This document shows, piece after piece, positions 30,939-40,918 of a DNA stretch of 64,000 nt. The notes under the pieces were generated by a model. It ran no database searches. It had not been told where the DNA came from and saw nothing but the letters and a program-made list of their open reading frames with translations. Source of the DNA: Candidatus Thorarchaeota archaeon. Its GTDB lineage: Archaea; Asgardarchaeota; Thorarchaeia; Thorarchaeales; Thorarchaeaceae. Positions within the stretch are counted from its first letter, which is position 1; the number at the start of each line of letters is the position of its first letter. The position numbers and the translations under genes are program-made. The stretch lies in assembly GCA_016933575.1 (NCBI GenBank), contig JAFGAR010000088.1, forward strand, positions 192,001 to 256,000, given 5' to 3'.

Positions 30939-31732
30939 TTCAGCGAGATTCTTGTACATATTATTGGTTTGCCTAGAAACAGATTTGTTAATCGATTTGG
31001 GATAAGGAGATTGAATATCACTACATCTATCTTGTGATTAGCCAAGTCTAGAAGCTCGCTAATTTTTTTCGCCATTCCTCCGGTTACATCAATACTTGAA
31101 GATGGACCTGTTAGTGCGAGAATTTGGTCTTTGTTTGTTTTATCTATCAGAGGAATGTGTTTTGCATCGGGATTAATTTCAGGATTCTCGGTAAGAACTC
31201 CATCAACATTTGTTCCAATGAAAACAGACTTTGCCTGAAATTTTTCTGCGAGAAATACTGCAATGGTATCTCCACTGAGAATTGATGCAGCTTTCTTCAT
31301 ATCGATACAGACATCTCCGTGGATAATCACTGAAATACCTGCATTAAGTGTCTGTTCAATTATTTCAGTTGGAAAGTTATGGATAAAACCATCATGAAGA
31401 GTGACAAAGTTGAAAGGCGAGAAAATTGCTCCTAAAACTCCTTGCTGACTAAGTTCTTCTTCAACTCTTGAAGCAAGTTGAGACATATTACGCCGGATGT
31501 CAGGTATTCCTAAAAGCAGTCTATCTGGAGGCGTATTTGGATTACCAAATCCATGTTTATGAGCAGCTTGATGTCCATGAGCACCACCACCTAGAACGAT
31601 AAGAAGTGGGGCGCCACATACAGCAATTTCTTTTGCAATCCGTCTTAGTGACTTAAGATTGACCCTTGGAGGCATGGATTTCTTATCTGTTATTACTGAT
31701 CCACCAAGCTTGATTACAATAAGATTCTCCAA
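30935..31732 (-). CDS. ipk: Isopentenyl phosphate kinase
   Basis: IKLGGSVITDK, GGGAHGH, SGDTIA, DVTGGMAKK. Confidence 0.9.
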   Translation of the reverse strand: MENLIVIKLGGSVITDKKSMPPRVNLKSLRRIAKEIAVCGAPLLIVLGGGAHGHQAAHKHGFGNPNTPPDRLLLGIPDIRRNMSQLASRVEEELSQQGVLGAIFSPFNFVTLHDGFIHNFPTEIIEQTLNAGISVIIHGDVCIDMKKAASILSGDTIAVFLAEKFQAKSVFIGTNVDGVLTENPEINPDAKHIPLIDKTNKDQILALTGPSSSIDVTGGMAKKISELLDLANHKIDVVIFNLLIPNRLTNLFLGKPIICTRISLN

Positions 31733-31873
31733 ATGAAACACGATTTGTGCTGAACATATCATCGACTTATGGACGTTACCATACCTGTGGAACATTCATT
31801 CACAAGACAAGCTTTTTATCCAGTTCACTTTCCAAAGCCTTGGACACCTCTTAAGACTGAGAGTGATTACAGT

Positions 31874-32185
31874 ATGACTCAAAGAGCAAGAATTCGATTA
31901 TCAAGCACGAGTACAGAACATCTGGATGGAGTCTGTAATCAAATCAAGAGAATTACACGAAAGACAGGTGTCCGTATGGCAGGCCCTATTCCCTTGCCTA
32001 CACGGAGAATGGTAATTCCTACTCGAAAGACTCCATGTGGTCAAGGTTCCGAGTCATGGGATAAATGGGAAATGAGAGTACATAAACGTCTCATTGATAT
32101 CGATGCTGATGAACGGGCTATTAGACAAATAATGCGTGTAAGAATTCCTGATTCGGTATATATTGAGATTGAGTTAACCGGGTAG
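31874..32185 (+). CDS. rps10: 30S ribosomal protein S10 (uS10)
   Basis: [28 protein letters not shown]. Confidence 0.97.
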   Translation: MTQRARIRLSSTSTEHLDGVCNQIKRITRKTGVRMAGPIPLPTRRMVIPTRKTPCGQGSESWDKWEMRVHKRLIDIDADERAIRQIMRVRIPDSVYIEIELTG

Positions 32186-32267
32186 ATTAGTGCGTTTCTA
32201 TCCAAATACAAAGCCTTTTTGCATGATTATACAACGCTTACTTATTCTGCCTTGAGGAATCTTACCT

Positions 32268-34094
32268 ATGTGCGGTATAATTGGTGTTGTGCAGAAACGA
32301 GGAGATGTCGCTCCATTTCTACATCAAGCCCTAAAACGACTTGAGTATAGAGGGTACGATTCGGTTGGAGTGACAACCATTGCAGATGGAAGATTACATA
32401 TTAAAAAAGAGAAAGGCAAAATCGAAGAAGTCCATAGAAAATTAAATCTTGATGAAATGCCTGGATCCATGGGCATTGGACACACTCGTTGGGCAACTCA
32501 TGGAATCCCATCCATGCTTAACTCGCATCCTCATTTTGATTGTTCAGGAAAAATTGCAGTGGTTCATAATGGGGTAATTGATAATTTTATGGAACTGAGA
32601 GCAGAGCTACGTGAAAAAGGTCACAAACTTCAATCAGAAACCGATACTGAGGTCATCCCACACCTGATTGAGGATTTTATGAGAGATGGTATGGATTTAG
32701 TACACGCAGTCAGAGAAACAACAAAACGGATTCAAGGCACATATGCAATTGTAGCAATGAGTACAAATGCTGAAGAAAATTATCTTGTCTGTACAAGAGA
32801 TGGAAATCCTCTTGTCATTGGCAGGAAAAAGGACGTGTCATATGTATCTTCGGATATTCCAGCATTTTTACCCATGACGAATGATATGATACTTCTTCTT
32901 GATGGTGAAATTGCAAGCCTTTCAGCTGATGGTATAAAAATTGAAAAAATATCGGATGAAAGTGAAGTACATCGAGATAGTATCAGAATCAGCTGGACCG
33001 CGGATCAAGCTCAAAAAAGTGGTTATCCTCATTTTATGCTCAAGGAGATTCATGAACAGCCTGACGCGATTCGAAACACCTTAAGACTCAGAAGTGAAGT
33101 GATTAGAGAAGCTGCAGAGATAATAAATTCATCAGAACGCATCTTCATGCTAGCGATGGGGACATCAGGGCATGCTGCAAGAGCTGGAAGACATATGTTC
33201 TCTTCGATTGCTGGAATACTTCCAGTGTTCGAACTTGCAAGTGACTTTTCGGATACTGTCTATGGCGCCTTATCAGACAAAGACTGTATAATTGCAATAA
33301 CTCAATCAGGAGAAACTACGGATACAATATCTGCGGTGAAGTATGCAAAGGAACATGGAGCAAAAATAATAGCTATCACAAATGTTGTAGGAAGTTCGAT
33401 AACAAGGCTAGCAGATCATACTATATTGACTCAAGCTGGTCCGGAGATTGGAGTGGCGGCTACGAAGACTTTCATGGTACAATTGACCTCCCTAGCACTT
33501 CTTGCTCTAAGCGTGGGAGAACTAACAGGCTTTGCTGATTCAAGAGTTATTAAGACAAAACGTGAGTTCTTGGAAAAACTACCTGACATTATTTCTGACA
33601 CAATTTCAAGGAATGAAGAACCAGCCAGAAGACTAGCAGGCCAAATATATGATAAACCAAGTCTCCTCTTCTTGGGAAGAGGAGTATCCATGGCTACTGC
33701 AGAAGAGGGTGCTCTCAAACTCAAAGAGATAGCCTATAATCATGCTGAAGCATATTCTGCAGGAGAGTCAAAACATGGTCCAATTGCTCTGGTTCAAAAT
33801 GATTATCCTGTGATATTTGTGGTTCCAAATGATGAAACCCGTAGTAGAATGATAGGTAATATTATGGAAATGAAGGCAAGAGGAGCCCTTGTAATCTCTG
33901 TAATATCAAAGGATGACAAGGAACTAGAGAGCCTTTCTAATCATATCTTTACTATTCCATGGGATATAGAACCTGAGTTCTCTACAATGGCATTCATAAT
34001 TCCGCTTCAACTCTTTAGCTATTATATGGCGTTAAGAAAAGGATATGATCCAGATAAACCACGCAACTTGGCAAAATCAGTGACAGTACTTTAG
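32268..34094 (+). CDS. glmS: Glutamine--fructose-6-phosphate aminotransferase
   Basis: MCGIIG, LEYRGYDS, GHTRWATHG, KPRNLAKSVTV. Confidence 0.97.
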   Translation: MCGIIGVVQKRGDVAPFLHQALKRLEYRGYDSVGVTTIADGRLHIKKEKGKIEEVHRKLNLDEMPGSMGIGHTRWATHGIPSMLNSHPHFDCSGKIAVVHNGVIDNFMELRAELREKGHKLQSETDTEVIPHLIEDFMRDGMDLVHAVRETTKRIQGTYAIVAMSTNAEENYLVCTRDGNPLVIGRKKDVSYVSSDIPAFLPMTNDMILLLDGEIASLSADGIKIEKISDESEVHRDSIRISWTADQAQKSGYPHFMLKEIHEQPDAIRNTLRLRSEVIREAAEIINSSERIFMLAMGTSGHAARAGRHMFSSIAGILPVFELASDFSDTVYGALSDKDCIIAITQSGETTDTISAVKYAKEHGAKIIAITNVVGSSITRLADHTILTQAGPEIGVAATKTFMVQLTSLALLALSVGELTGFADSRVIKTKREFLEKLPDIISDTISRNEEPARRLAGQIYDKPSLLFLGRGVSMATAEEGALKLKEIAYNHAEAYSAGESKHGPIALVQNDYPVIFVVPNDETRSRMIGNIMEMKARGALVISVISKDDKELESLSNHIFTIPWDIEPEFSTMAFIIPLQLFSYYMALRKGYDPDKPRNLAKSVTVL

Positions 34095-34143
34095 GGACTT
34101 TATATCCTCTGTTATAGATAGATAATTGTAAGAGGAATAACAA

Positions 34144-34392
34144 ATGCCTTTCTATCTTCTAAGCCCTCTATCGGACTTTGCCAATCTCATTGCAGGATAT
34201 TTAATGGAGATATGGGACTTTCTCATTTTTATTGGAAATATCTCATCTTTCATCATTGTATTGATAGGAGCAATTCTCTGGTTTACAGACGTTAATGCAA
34301 AGAGAGGGAAAGGGTTAGTCTTGGGAGGCGTTCTTCTTGCAATAACTGTTCAATATTTCGTATTCTTCCCACCAGCTTTCACGTTCTTCTGA
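34144..34392 (+). CDS. Small two-TM protein, VirB2/TrbC/CedA1-pilin-like
   Basis: Amphipathic helix, TM (IIVLIGAILWF), basic loop KRGKG, second TM. Confidence 0.5.
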   Translation: MPFYLLSPLSDFANLIAGYLMEIWDFLIFIGNISSFIIVLIGAILWFTDVNAKRGKGLVLGGVLLAITVQYFVFFPPAFTFF

Positions 34393-34406
34393 TATCTCGT
34401 AGAGAG

Positions 34407-35621
34407 TCACATCAAATCTTTTGAAATGATTGTTAGAGTATCAGTAAGACGATCAATATCTTCAATTGAATTGTAAGCATGAACAGATGCTTGAATTAAT
34501 CCGTCAAGTGATATTGATTGAATAAGTGGATGAGCACAAATGAGACCGCTTCTTACAGCAATATTTGACTCATCAAGAAATAATGCTATATCATGACAAC
34601 CAATTTCAGAAGAATCGCCAAGATTGAATCCAACGATTGTGGTTTCATTATTGGGTCGACCATAGAGTGTTAGAGTATCAATCTCTTCAAGCCGTTGTCG
34701 CATATAGTTTACCAGCTGTGTGATGTATTTTGTCATTCCATTTGCATGCAGATTGGTGAGATAATTTATAGAAGCACCCAAACCTGCTATTGCTGGAACA
34801 TTGATATAACCAGATTCGAACTTATCAGGTTGAAGAGCAATTTCATAGGATTTCCCTACTACATTTGAAACTGAGGAACCGCCAAGAATACCAGGTATAT
34901 GGTTTCTTTCGATAGACGGATTGATCCATTGAACTGTCAGTCCTGGTGGAGCCATTAGACCGATATTTGCGGAGAAGACGAGAATATCGCAATCAAGATG
35001 AATTGGGGACTTTTCTGTAATACCAACAGATCTTGTTGCATCTGTTAACAGAAGAGCATCATGCGAATGTACAACTTCTGCAATTTTTGATACAGGGTTT
35101 CTTGTACCAATTCCAGGAACTATATGACTGACAGCGACAATTCCAGTTCTCTCATTGACCATATCTTCAAGTGAAGATAATGAAACAGCTCCATCATCTT
35201 CGATTGGTACGATATCCACTTCGATATTCAGAACTTCAGCGGATCGTAATAATGAAACTAAGACTGAGTTTTCCTCGCCTTGAGAGATAGCAATTCTATC
35301 TTTCTTCTTTTGCTTCCAATCATATCCATATATCAGAGAAGCAATTGATGAAGGTATAGACTTTTGAAATGATAAAGAGGCTGGTTCTGCTTCAAGAAAT
35401 TGAGACAAGGATTTTCGAGTGTTTTCAACAATAGTACTACCTTGGATAGCTAGCTTGTGAGCTCCTTTTCTTGCGGAAGATACTATTTTATCAAGGAAGT
35501 ATGTTGTTGCTTGGATAGAAGTTCGAGGAACAAGTGTCGTACTTGCAGAATCTAAATAGACAAGATCTGGAATCTTCTCGAAGACACCAAAGTCTGATTT
35601 GATATCCAATTTAGCTGTCAT
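34407..35621 (-). CDS. SufS/cysteine desulfurase-like class V aminotransferase with degenerate PLP site
   Basis: VYLDSAST, KFESG, AVRSGLICAHP; SGHK motif replaced by SANI. Confidence 0.8.
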   Translation of the reverse strand: MTAKLDIKSDFGVFEKIPDLVYLDSASTTLVPRTSIQATTYFLDKIVSSARKGAHKLAIQGSTIVENTRKSLSQFLEAEPASLSFQKSIPSSIASLIYGYDWKQKKKDRIAISQGEENSVLVSLLRSAEVLNIEVDIVPIEDDGAVSLSSLEDMVNERTGIVAVSHIVPGIGTRNPVSKIAEVVHSHDALLLTDATRSVGITEKSPIHLDCDILVFSANIGLMAPPGLTVQWINPSIERNHIPGILGGSSVSNVVGKSYEIALQPDKFESGYINVPAIAGLGASINYLTNLHANGMTKYITQLVNYMRQRLEEIDTLTLYGRPNNETTIVGFNLGDSSEIGCHDIALFLDESNIAVRSGLICAHPLIQSISLDGLIQASVHAYNSIEDIDRLTDTLTIISKDLM

Positions 35622-35674
35622 TATAGTCTATTGTTGAATAAACTGCTTTAATACCATACTATATTCATTCGAGA

Positions 35675-36670
35675 TTGATGACTTTCCCAACTAATCTTGT
35701 TGAGGGGTTTTTCCTCATCACTTCGGACAATCTAATCTTTGAAGTAAAAGGATCAATACACCCGCCAGATCGTGTCATAGCTTATGTAAGATACGTCCCT
35801 AAGTGTGCTGGTAGCACTAGTTACCAAAAGGTGTATGATTTGAGAGAGAGAGAGAGTTATTTGAAAAGTAAATTTCCGAATTATTTGTGGTACAGTGGGG
35901 TACATGGGAGAATCTTACAGTCAGTGTCATATGATAGAATCAAGAAGATATTCAATCCTGTTGAAAAAATATCTCAAATGAAGAAGAATTTTGTAAGTCT
36001 ATCAGATATTGGACAAACAACTATTATGCTAACCAATAGATTGTTGGAATTCACAGGTATCTCAGAAACCAGCATCGGGGTCACAGGTTCTCAACTGGTA
36101 GATTTAGCAAGCAAGAAATCTGATATCGATATTGTGATTTATGGTGAAGATGTTTGTCGTGGCTTCTATGACCAACTAGCAAATAGCTATAATTTGATTC
36201 CTGGGATTAAAGAGTATTCGGGCTCATTGTTGGATAAACACTTGAAGTTTAGATGGAGAAATTTGATTAATCACAGGAAAATTCTAAGAGAGATAGAAAG
36301 AAAAAAGAAATTGCAAGGTATTTTTGAGGGGAGAGAGTTCTTCATCCGATTAGTTAGGTTTCCTGAAGATGTTGATGAAGTATATGGACTCAAAAAATAT
36401 GAGTTGTTGGAACCTTGTGAAATTACAGGAATCATCACCGATGATTCAGATTCTATATTTTCTCCCTGCAGCTATCAGGTTGAGTCATTAGAAAGGCCTA
36501 ATCTGAAAAGACTAGTCAGTTTTCGAGGAAGGTTTACCGAGCAGGTTTCGAAAGGAGATTCAGTTAGAGCAAGAGGACGACTTGAAAGAGTGATTAATAA
36601 CAAATCTGGAGAGTCCTTCGATCAACTTGTACTAGGTGAGAGTTCTTCTGACTATCTGATGCCCTTCTGA
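35675..36670 (+). CDS. Predicted nucleotidyltransferase (archaeal COG1665-like)
   Basis: FEVKGSIHPPDR, GVTGS..SDIDIVIYG, SFRGRFTEQ. Confidence 0.8.
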   Translation: MMTFPTNLVEGFFLITSDNLIFEVKGSIHPPDRVIAYVRYVPKCAGSTSYQKVYDLRERESYLKSKFPNYLWYSGVHGRILQSVSYDRIKKIFNPVEKISQMKKNFVSLSDIGQTTIMLTNRLLEFTGISETSIGVTGSQLVDLASKKSDIDIVIYGEDVCRGFYDQLANSYNLIPGIKEYSGSLLDKHLKFRWRNLINHRKILREIERKKKLQGIFEGREFFIRLVRFPEDVDEVYGLKKYELLEPCEITGIITDDSDSIFSPCSYQVESLERPNLKRLVSFRGRFTEQVSKGDSVRARGRLERVINNKSGESFDQLVLGESSSDYLMPF

Positions 36671-36820
36671 TTTTCACATAGTCACTTCATCAACAACAGT
36701 TCACAATATATTCCTGTGAATGGCGCCAATATTGTGAATACTCTGGAAAAATCAGCGTTTTGAGTGCTTATTCTAGAAAATTTGACAATGATATATCTCC
36801 TTATACCTGTGAATAGACAC

Positions 36821-36842
36821 ACCCCTTCGTTTCCAGTGGAAC
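36821..36842 (-). promoter_or_regulatory. ORB (origin recognition box)
   Basis: Minus strand GTTCCACTGGAAACGAAGGGGT, the classical TCCA-TGGAAAC + G-string. Confidence 0.75.
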
Positions 36843-37124
36843 TAAGTAATTGGACATATGAAATCCTTATGGACTTATTCACATATCCCATAATTTAGTG
36901 AATGATAAAAAGACTGGAGAATTATCTTATTTTTGGTAATAGGGCTCTCATAATGCTTTTTTATCATTTATGAGATGTCACAGGACGTGAGCACATAATA
37001 TACGGAGCGGACGTGTTCTATATGTTAGCAGACGCACTATGTAGCTCTTATCTTGGTATATCTAATTCACATACTCACACTTATTTGGAATGTACGAGTA
37101 GTCTATTGTGAATGAATTGTTTAG

Positions 37125-37781
37125 ATGGTATACTCTAAAGGTGAAAAGAAATTGAATGATGGAGACCGCACTAACAAGATCTATGAGTTTACCTATAGTT
37201 CTGCACCAGGTCTCCGGGAGATTTTTCAATGTAAATATGTAAGCCCGAGTGAAGCTCTTAACAGATTTAGTAAGATACTTTCCTTGACTGAATCGCCCTT
37301 TGATTTCAAAATTGTTGTGTCAGATGAAACAATGGGAGAAGAATCTAGTTTTCAGGTAAAAGGTGGGAGTATTGAAGAGATGTTCGCTAAGTTCAAAGTC
37401 TTTCTGGAAACAAGCACTGGGTTCACCTTTGAAGATGTTGTAAGTGAAATACAAGATACTGATTATGATGAAGCACGATTTGATACTATGAGTAATTATG
37501 AAAAGATGCAGCTAATCATCTATGCATCTTTTAAACATGGGAAATTTTCATCATTGGATGTGGCAGAAATATATGAGGATTCATTCAATGAAGACCTACC
37601 GAAGAGTACTGCTTCGACATATCTAGCTAGAATGTGGAATAACGGAAAAGGGCATTTGGAACGGTATGGAAATCGATCTGGATACACCTATCGACTCAAA
37701 ACAGAACTAAAGGAAGTTCAAAAAGAAACAGATAGGGCAGAAGAGCTTCTTGCAGCAATCCAGATGCGAGTCCGCGATTAG
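37125..37781 (+). CDS. Hypothetical protein with C-terminal winged helix
   Basis: FSSLDVAEIYEDSF..LPKSTASTYLARM..LERYG..YTYRL wHTH pattern. Confidence 0.7.
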   Translation: MVYSKGEKKLNDGDRTNKIYEFTYSSAPGLREIFQCKYVSPSEALNRFSKILSLTESPFDFKIVVSDETMGEESSFQVKGGSIEEMFAKFKVFLETSTGFTFEDVVSEIQDTDYDEARFDTMSNYEKMQLIIYASFKHGKFSSLDVAEIYEDSFNEDLPKSTASTYLARMWNNGKGHLERYGNRSGYTYRLKTELKEVQKETDRAEELLAAIQMRVRD

Positions 37782-37821
37782 TCTATTTTATAATAGCTCC
37801 TCTGCATTTGTATTTGTTGTA

Positions 37822-39138
37822 TTACAAATCCATAGTATGTTCTTCAAGTGCGATATCTAGACCAGCGAGCTCTTCAAGAATTGGTTCATAAATCTCTGGA
37901 ATGATTGGTCGATATACTCCTGTAAGATTTATTCTTCCTTCGAGTATCATTCTACTGGCAATAGCCACTGGAAGTGCAACAGTTCGTGACATAGAACTAT
38001 CTCCGTTAGGAATACCATAGTCAATGAGGGTTGAGGTGATTTTTTGCTTCTTTCCAGGATATTCCACAATGAACTCATGATGCATGACAATCATATCACG
38101 CTCGCCAGGTGTGTATTGCATCTTCTCTTCGAACAAATGGCAGAGTGCGTCGAGTCTCGTGTTTATACCTGATGGAATCAGTCTTTCTTCAAATAGTCCT
38201 AACCATTCAAGACGTGTAATAATTTGGTGATTAATATCAATTTTACAGAATTTTGCCACTGCTTCTTTGATGTCATTGCTTCCTGCAGATGTCAATTCCT
38301 GAATCATTGCGGCATATGTTATCCCATCTAAAGATCGTTCTTCAATATCGAGCAGACCTAAATCAGCAATTTTATCGAGCGTTTCACACCAACCAACATT
38401 TCTGAATGTACCTCTAAGCATGGTCTTTGTTTCTGGAATGTTGTAAATGTCAATGTAGGACATACTGTCTCGATTAGGATACCCTTCGAATGTACCGATT
38501 CCAGGGACCTCCATGAGTTCATAGTTTTCGAAGAGCTCAGCTCCAGGTATTTTGACATCTTTACCATCACGGAGGAAATGAGCATCGTTTCTCCCAGCAA
38601 GAAGAACACCCCGAGGACTCCATGATAGTTTGTATCCATAGGGATTGTTGTTCGAATCGGGTGCAGGGAGTCCACCTGTAAAAGATGTGAAGCTTGCAAT
38701 TTTTCCGCCATTATCATGAACATTGTCAATGATTTTCATAGCGCTCATGTGATCTATACCAGGATCAACACCGCATTCATTGAGCAATAAAACACCTGCA
38801 GACTTTGCGTCTTTCTCTAGAGCTTTCATCTCATCTGAAATATAAGAAGTGGTACAGAATGGTTTCTTGTGTTTAATTGCAACTTTTGCAGCTTTCACAT
38901 GGTATGTGTATGGAAGAAGAGAACAGACAAGATCAACCTTTGCAGTTAGTTCCTCGAGAAGATTATCATCTTTTGCGATATTGAAAGCAAGAGCTTCAGC
39001 ATTTTCACAGCCCTTAATCAGACGTTCAGCCTTCTCCTTTGTTCTACTAGCAACCAATACATGGAAGCCGTTCTCACTCAAATAGTGGATATAAGGACGG
39101 GCTACAAGCCCGGCACCTAGACAGAGTACTTTTTTCAT
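37822..39138 (-). CDS. Saccharopine dehydrogenase (L-glutamate-forming, Lys9/SDH type)
   Basis: LGAGLVA, ECGVDPGIDHM, YKLSWSPRG, YPNRDS, MSRTVALP. Confidence 0.92.
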   Translation of the reverse strand: MKKVLCLGAGLVARPYIHYLSENGFHVLVASRTKEKAERLIKGCENAEALAFNIAKDDNLLEELTAKVDLVCSLLPYTYHVKAAKVAIKHKKPFCTTSYISDEMKALEKDAKSAGVLLLNECGVDPGIDHMSAMKIIDNVHDNGGKIASFTSFTGGLPAPDSNNNPYGYKLSWSPRGVLLAGRNDAHFLRDGKDVKIPGAELFENYELMEVPGIGTFEGYPNRDSMSYIDIYNIPETKTMLRGTFRNVGWCETLDKIADLGLLDIEERSLDGITYAAMIQELTSAGSNDIKEAVAKFCKIDINHQIITRLEWLGLFEERLIPSGINTRLDALCHLFEEKMQYTPGERDMIVMHHEFIVEYPGKKQKITSTLIDYGIPNGDSSMSRTVALPVAIASRMILEGRINLTGVYRPIIPEIYEPILEELAGLDIALEEHTMDL

Positions 39139-40457
39139 TTGGTTTTGTCCTCCCTCAATAGATACTCATTGAGATATTGATAACTCGGGGTTAGTTTTCC
39201 ACGATAAACAATAACTGCATCTTTTAGCTCCCTAGGCAGATTGACTTCATCAATAGAAGGAGCTTTAAAGTCAGCATTTGCAAAATCGGGAAGAAAACGG
39301 ATTAGTGTTTCACCAAAGGATGTTGATGATTCCCGCGGAAGTTCGCATGGGAGATTATCAACTGCCATGATAACAGGACCTTCTCCTATAACACCTGTTT
39401 CAGCACGATCTTCATCAATTATATAACAAAAAGCAGGTTTTCCGGGCGTAGTACACTTGACAGTGAACTCGATTGCACCTCCGACATCACATGAGATGTC
39501 ACCGATGACGCGGAGTTTTCGATTAGCTTCATTCCAATGCTTGCGAATAAAGTCCTTTGTTATCAGTCGTGGATATTTATCAGTCCAATAGATACAATTC
39601 ATGATAACTGTCATGTATTGAACATACTCATGAAACACGCCAGTGTAGTTTTTCTTCCCATTCTTGTAATAGTCCTGAAGATTAAAATCAGAGTTTGGAT
39701 CTTTTGGTTTCACTAGGTGCTCTTCTTTAAAGATGCATTTATACAAGAGATTCTGCTCTGGTTCAAGATTTGGCAAATCAGCAGGTTCCACTATTTTGTG
39801 TGGGAGAATGTCGAATATTTCTTGAGCTCCCCGCGACACGTTACCATAGCCTGCAAAACCAACTACAAACGGAATCAATTCCTTTGGAAGACCTTGTTCC
39901 TTAATCTGATTCCCGATACGTCCGAATTCTGCCTTAACAGCATCTAAGCCCTTTAGATCTAATGTAGATTTCATCTGTCTAAAGGGATTGGGGCTGATAC
40001 CCTCAAATTCAAGACGTTTTCCAAGAACACGAAAAGTATCAGAGATACCTGCCATTCCAGCCCAGTTTCCAAAGAATATCAAACGACGACCTTTGTCATC
40101 TGTAACTCGTTCATAATCAATCAGAGTGGCGCCTGTTTCTATAATATTCCGGAGTAGAGGCATATTGTACGCCTGCCCTTTGATAGTGTGGCTGAAGAAT
40201 ACATAGACTGCATCGCTCTCAAAGAATCCAATAGGCATTTCCTTGATTCCGAAAATTACAGGAACACCGCTTCCCTTCAAAGGTTTGATAGTTGCTCCAA
40301 CTTGCGCATATTCTTCTTCTGTAAAAGCGCGTTGATCATTGGGTTCAACAACGAAATCGATGCCGCTTTGTTCTCGCAAAAACTTGACTTGATCGGGTGT
40401 TAATGGAACTCGTGCTTCAAATGCTTTTTCTTCCTTACGTAAACCGATGCGGTTCAT
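39135..40457 (-). CDS. Lysine-ketoglutarate reductase / saccharopine dehydrogenase (LKR/Lys1 type)
   Basis: EARVPLTP, FFSHTIKGQAYNM, IDYE, DISCD, MAVDNLPCELPRESS. Confidence 0.9.
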   Translation of the reverse strand: MNRIGLRKEEKAFEARVPLTPDQVKFLREQSGIDFVVEPNDQRAFTEEEYAQVGATIKPLKGSGVPVIFGIKEMPIGFFESDAVYVFFSHTIKGQAYNMPLLRNIIETGATLIDYERVTDDKGRRLIFFGNWAGMAGISDTFRVLGKRLEFEGISPNPFRQMKSTLDLKGLDAVKAEFGRIGNQIKEQGLPKELIPFVVGFAGYGNVSRGAQEIFDILPHKIVEPADLPNLEPEQNLLYKCIFKEEHLVKPKDPNSDFNLQDYYKNGKKNYTGVFHEYVQYMTVIMNCIYWTDKYPRLITKDFIRKHWNEANRKLRVIGDISCDVGGAIEFTVKCTTPGKPAFCYIIDEDRAETGVIGEGPVIMAVDNLPCELPRESSTSFGETLIRFLPDFANADFKAPSIDEVNLPRELKDAVIVYRGKLTPSYQYLNEYLLREDKTK

Positions 40458-40582
40458 GCAATTTCCTCCAGAGCCAGATAATGACCGAAGCTGTTCTGAG
40501 GCTGCGAGCCAAGCTACTGACGCTTAACCTTTTCCCTGCCGGCCATGACCAGTATTTGTTGTATTACACAATTTGAAAATCA

Positions 40583-40594
40583 GAACATGTGTTC
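40583..40594. promoter_or_regulatory. GAACATGTGTTC near-palindrome
   Basis: One-mismatch variant of the GAACACGTGTTC motif, upstream of the 40616 ORF. Confidence 0.5.
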
Positions 40595-40615
40595 TTCAAT
40601 TTGGGTTTCAAGATA

Positions 40616-40912
40616 ATGTCAGCTACGTATCTCTATCTCTATGACTGTCGACGGGCAAGACAAACAAATGCACGTCGAGTTGCATTTACTAAGGAGCTCT
40701 ATGGGTATACATATACTTGGAAAACAAAATCAGGGGTTAGAGAAAAACGCAAGCCAGGTCTCTTGGATGAGTGTCTTGGAACTGAAGCTGTGGCGGACTC
40801 GGCAATTCTAGTACCTAATGAACACCGAACGATTTTTGACAGTCTGTTTTCGACCTATCAAGATATTCTCAAACTCAAAGTCTATGAAATTGTACAAGAG
40901 ATCTTTCAATGA
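40616..40912 (+). CDS. Small hypothetical protein, possible Cas2/VapD-like ferredoxin fold
   Basis: YLYLYD...RRVAFTKELYGY...GLL...DSAILVP pattern. Confidence 0.6.
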   Translation: MSATYLYLYDCRRARQTNARRVAFTKELYGYTYTWKTKSGVREKRKPGLLDECLGTEAVADSAILVPNEHRTIFDSLFSTYQDILKLKVYEIVQEIFQ

Positions 40913-40918
40913 GATTTG

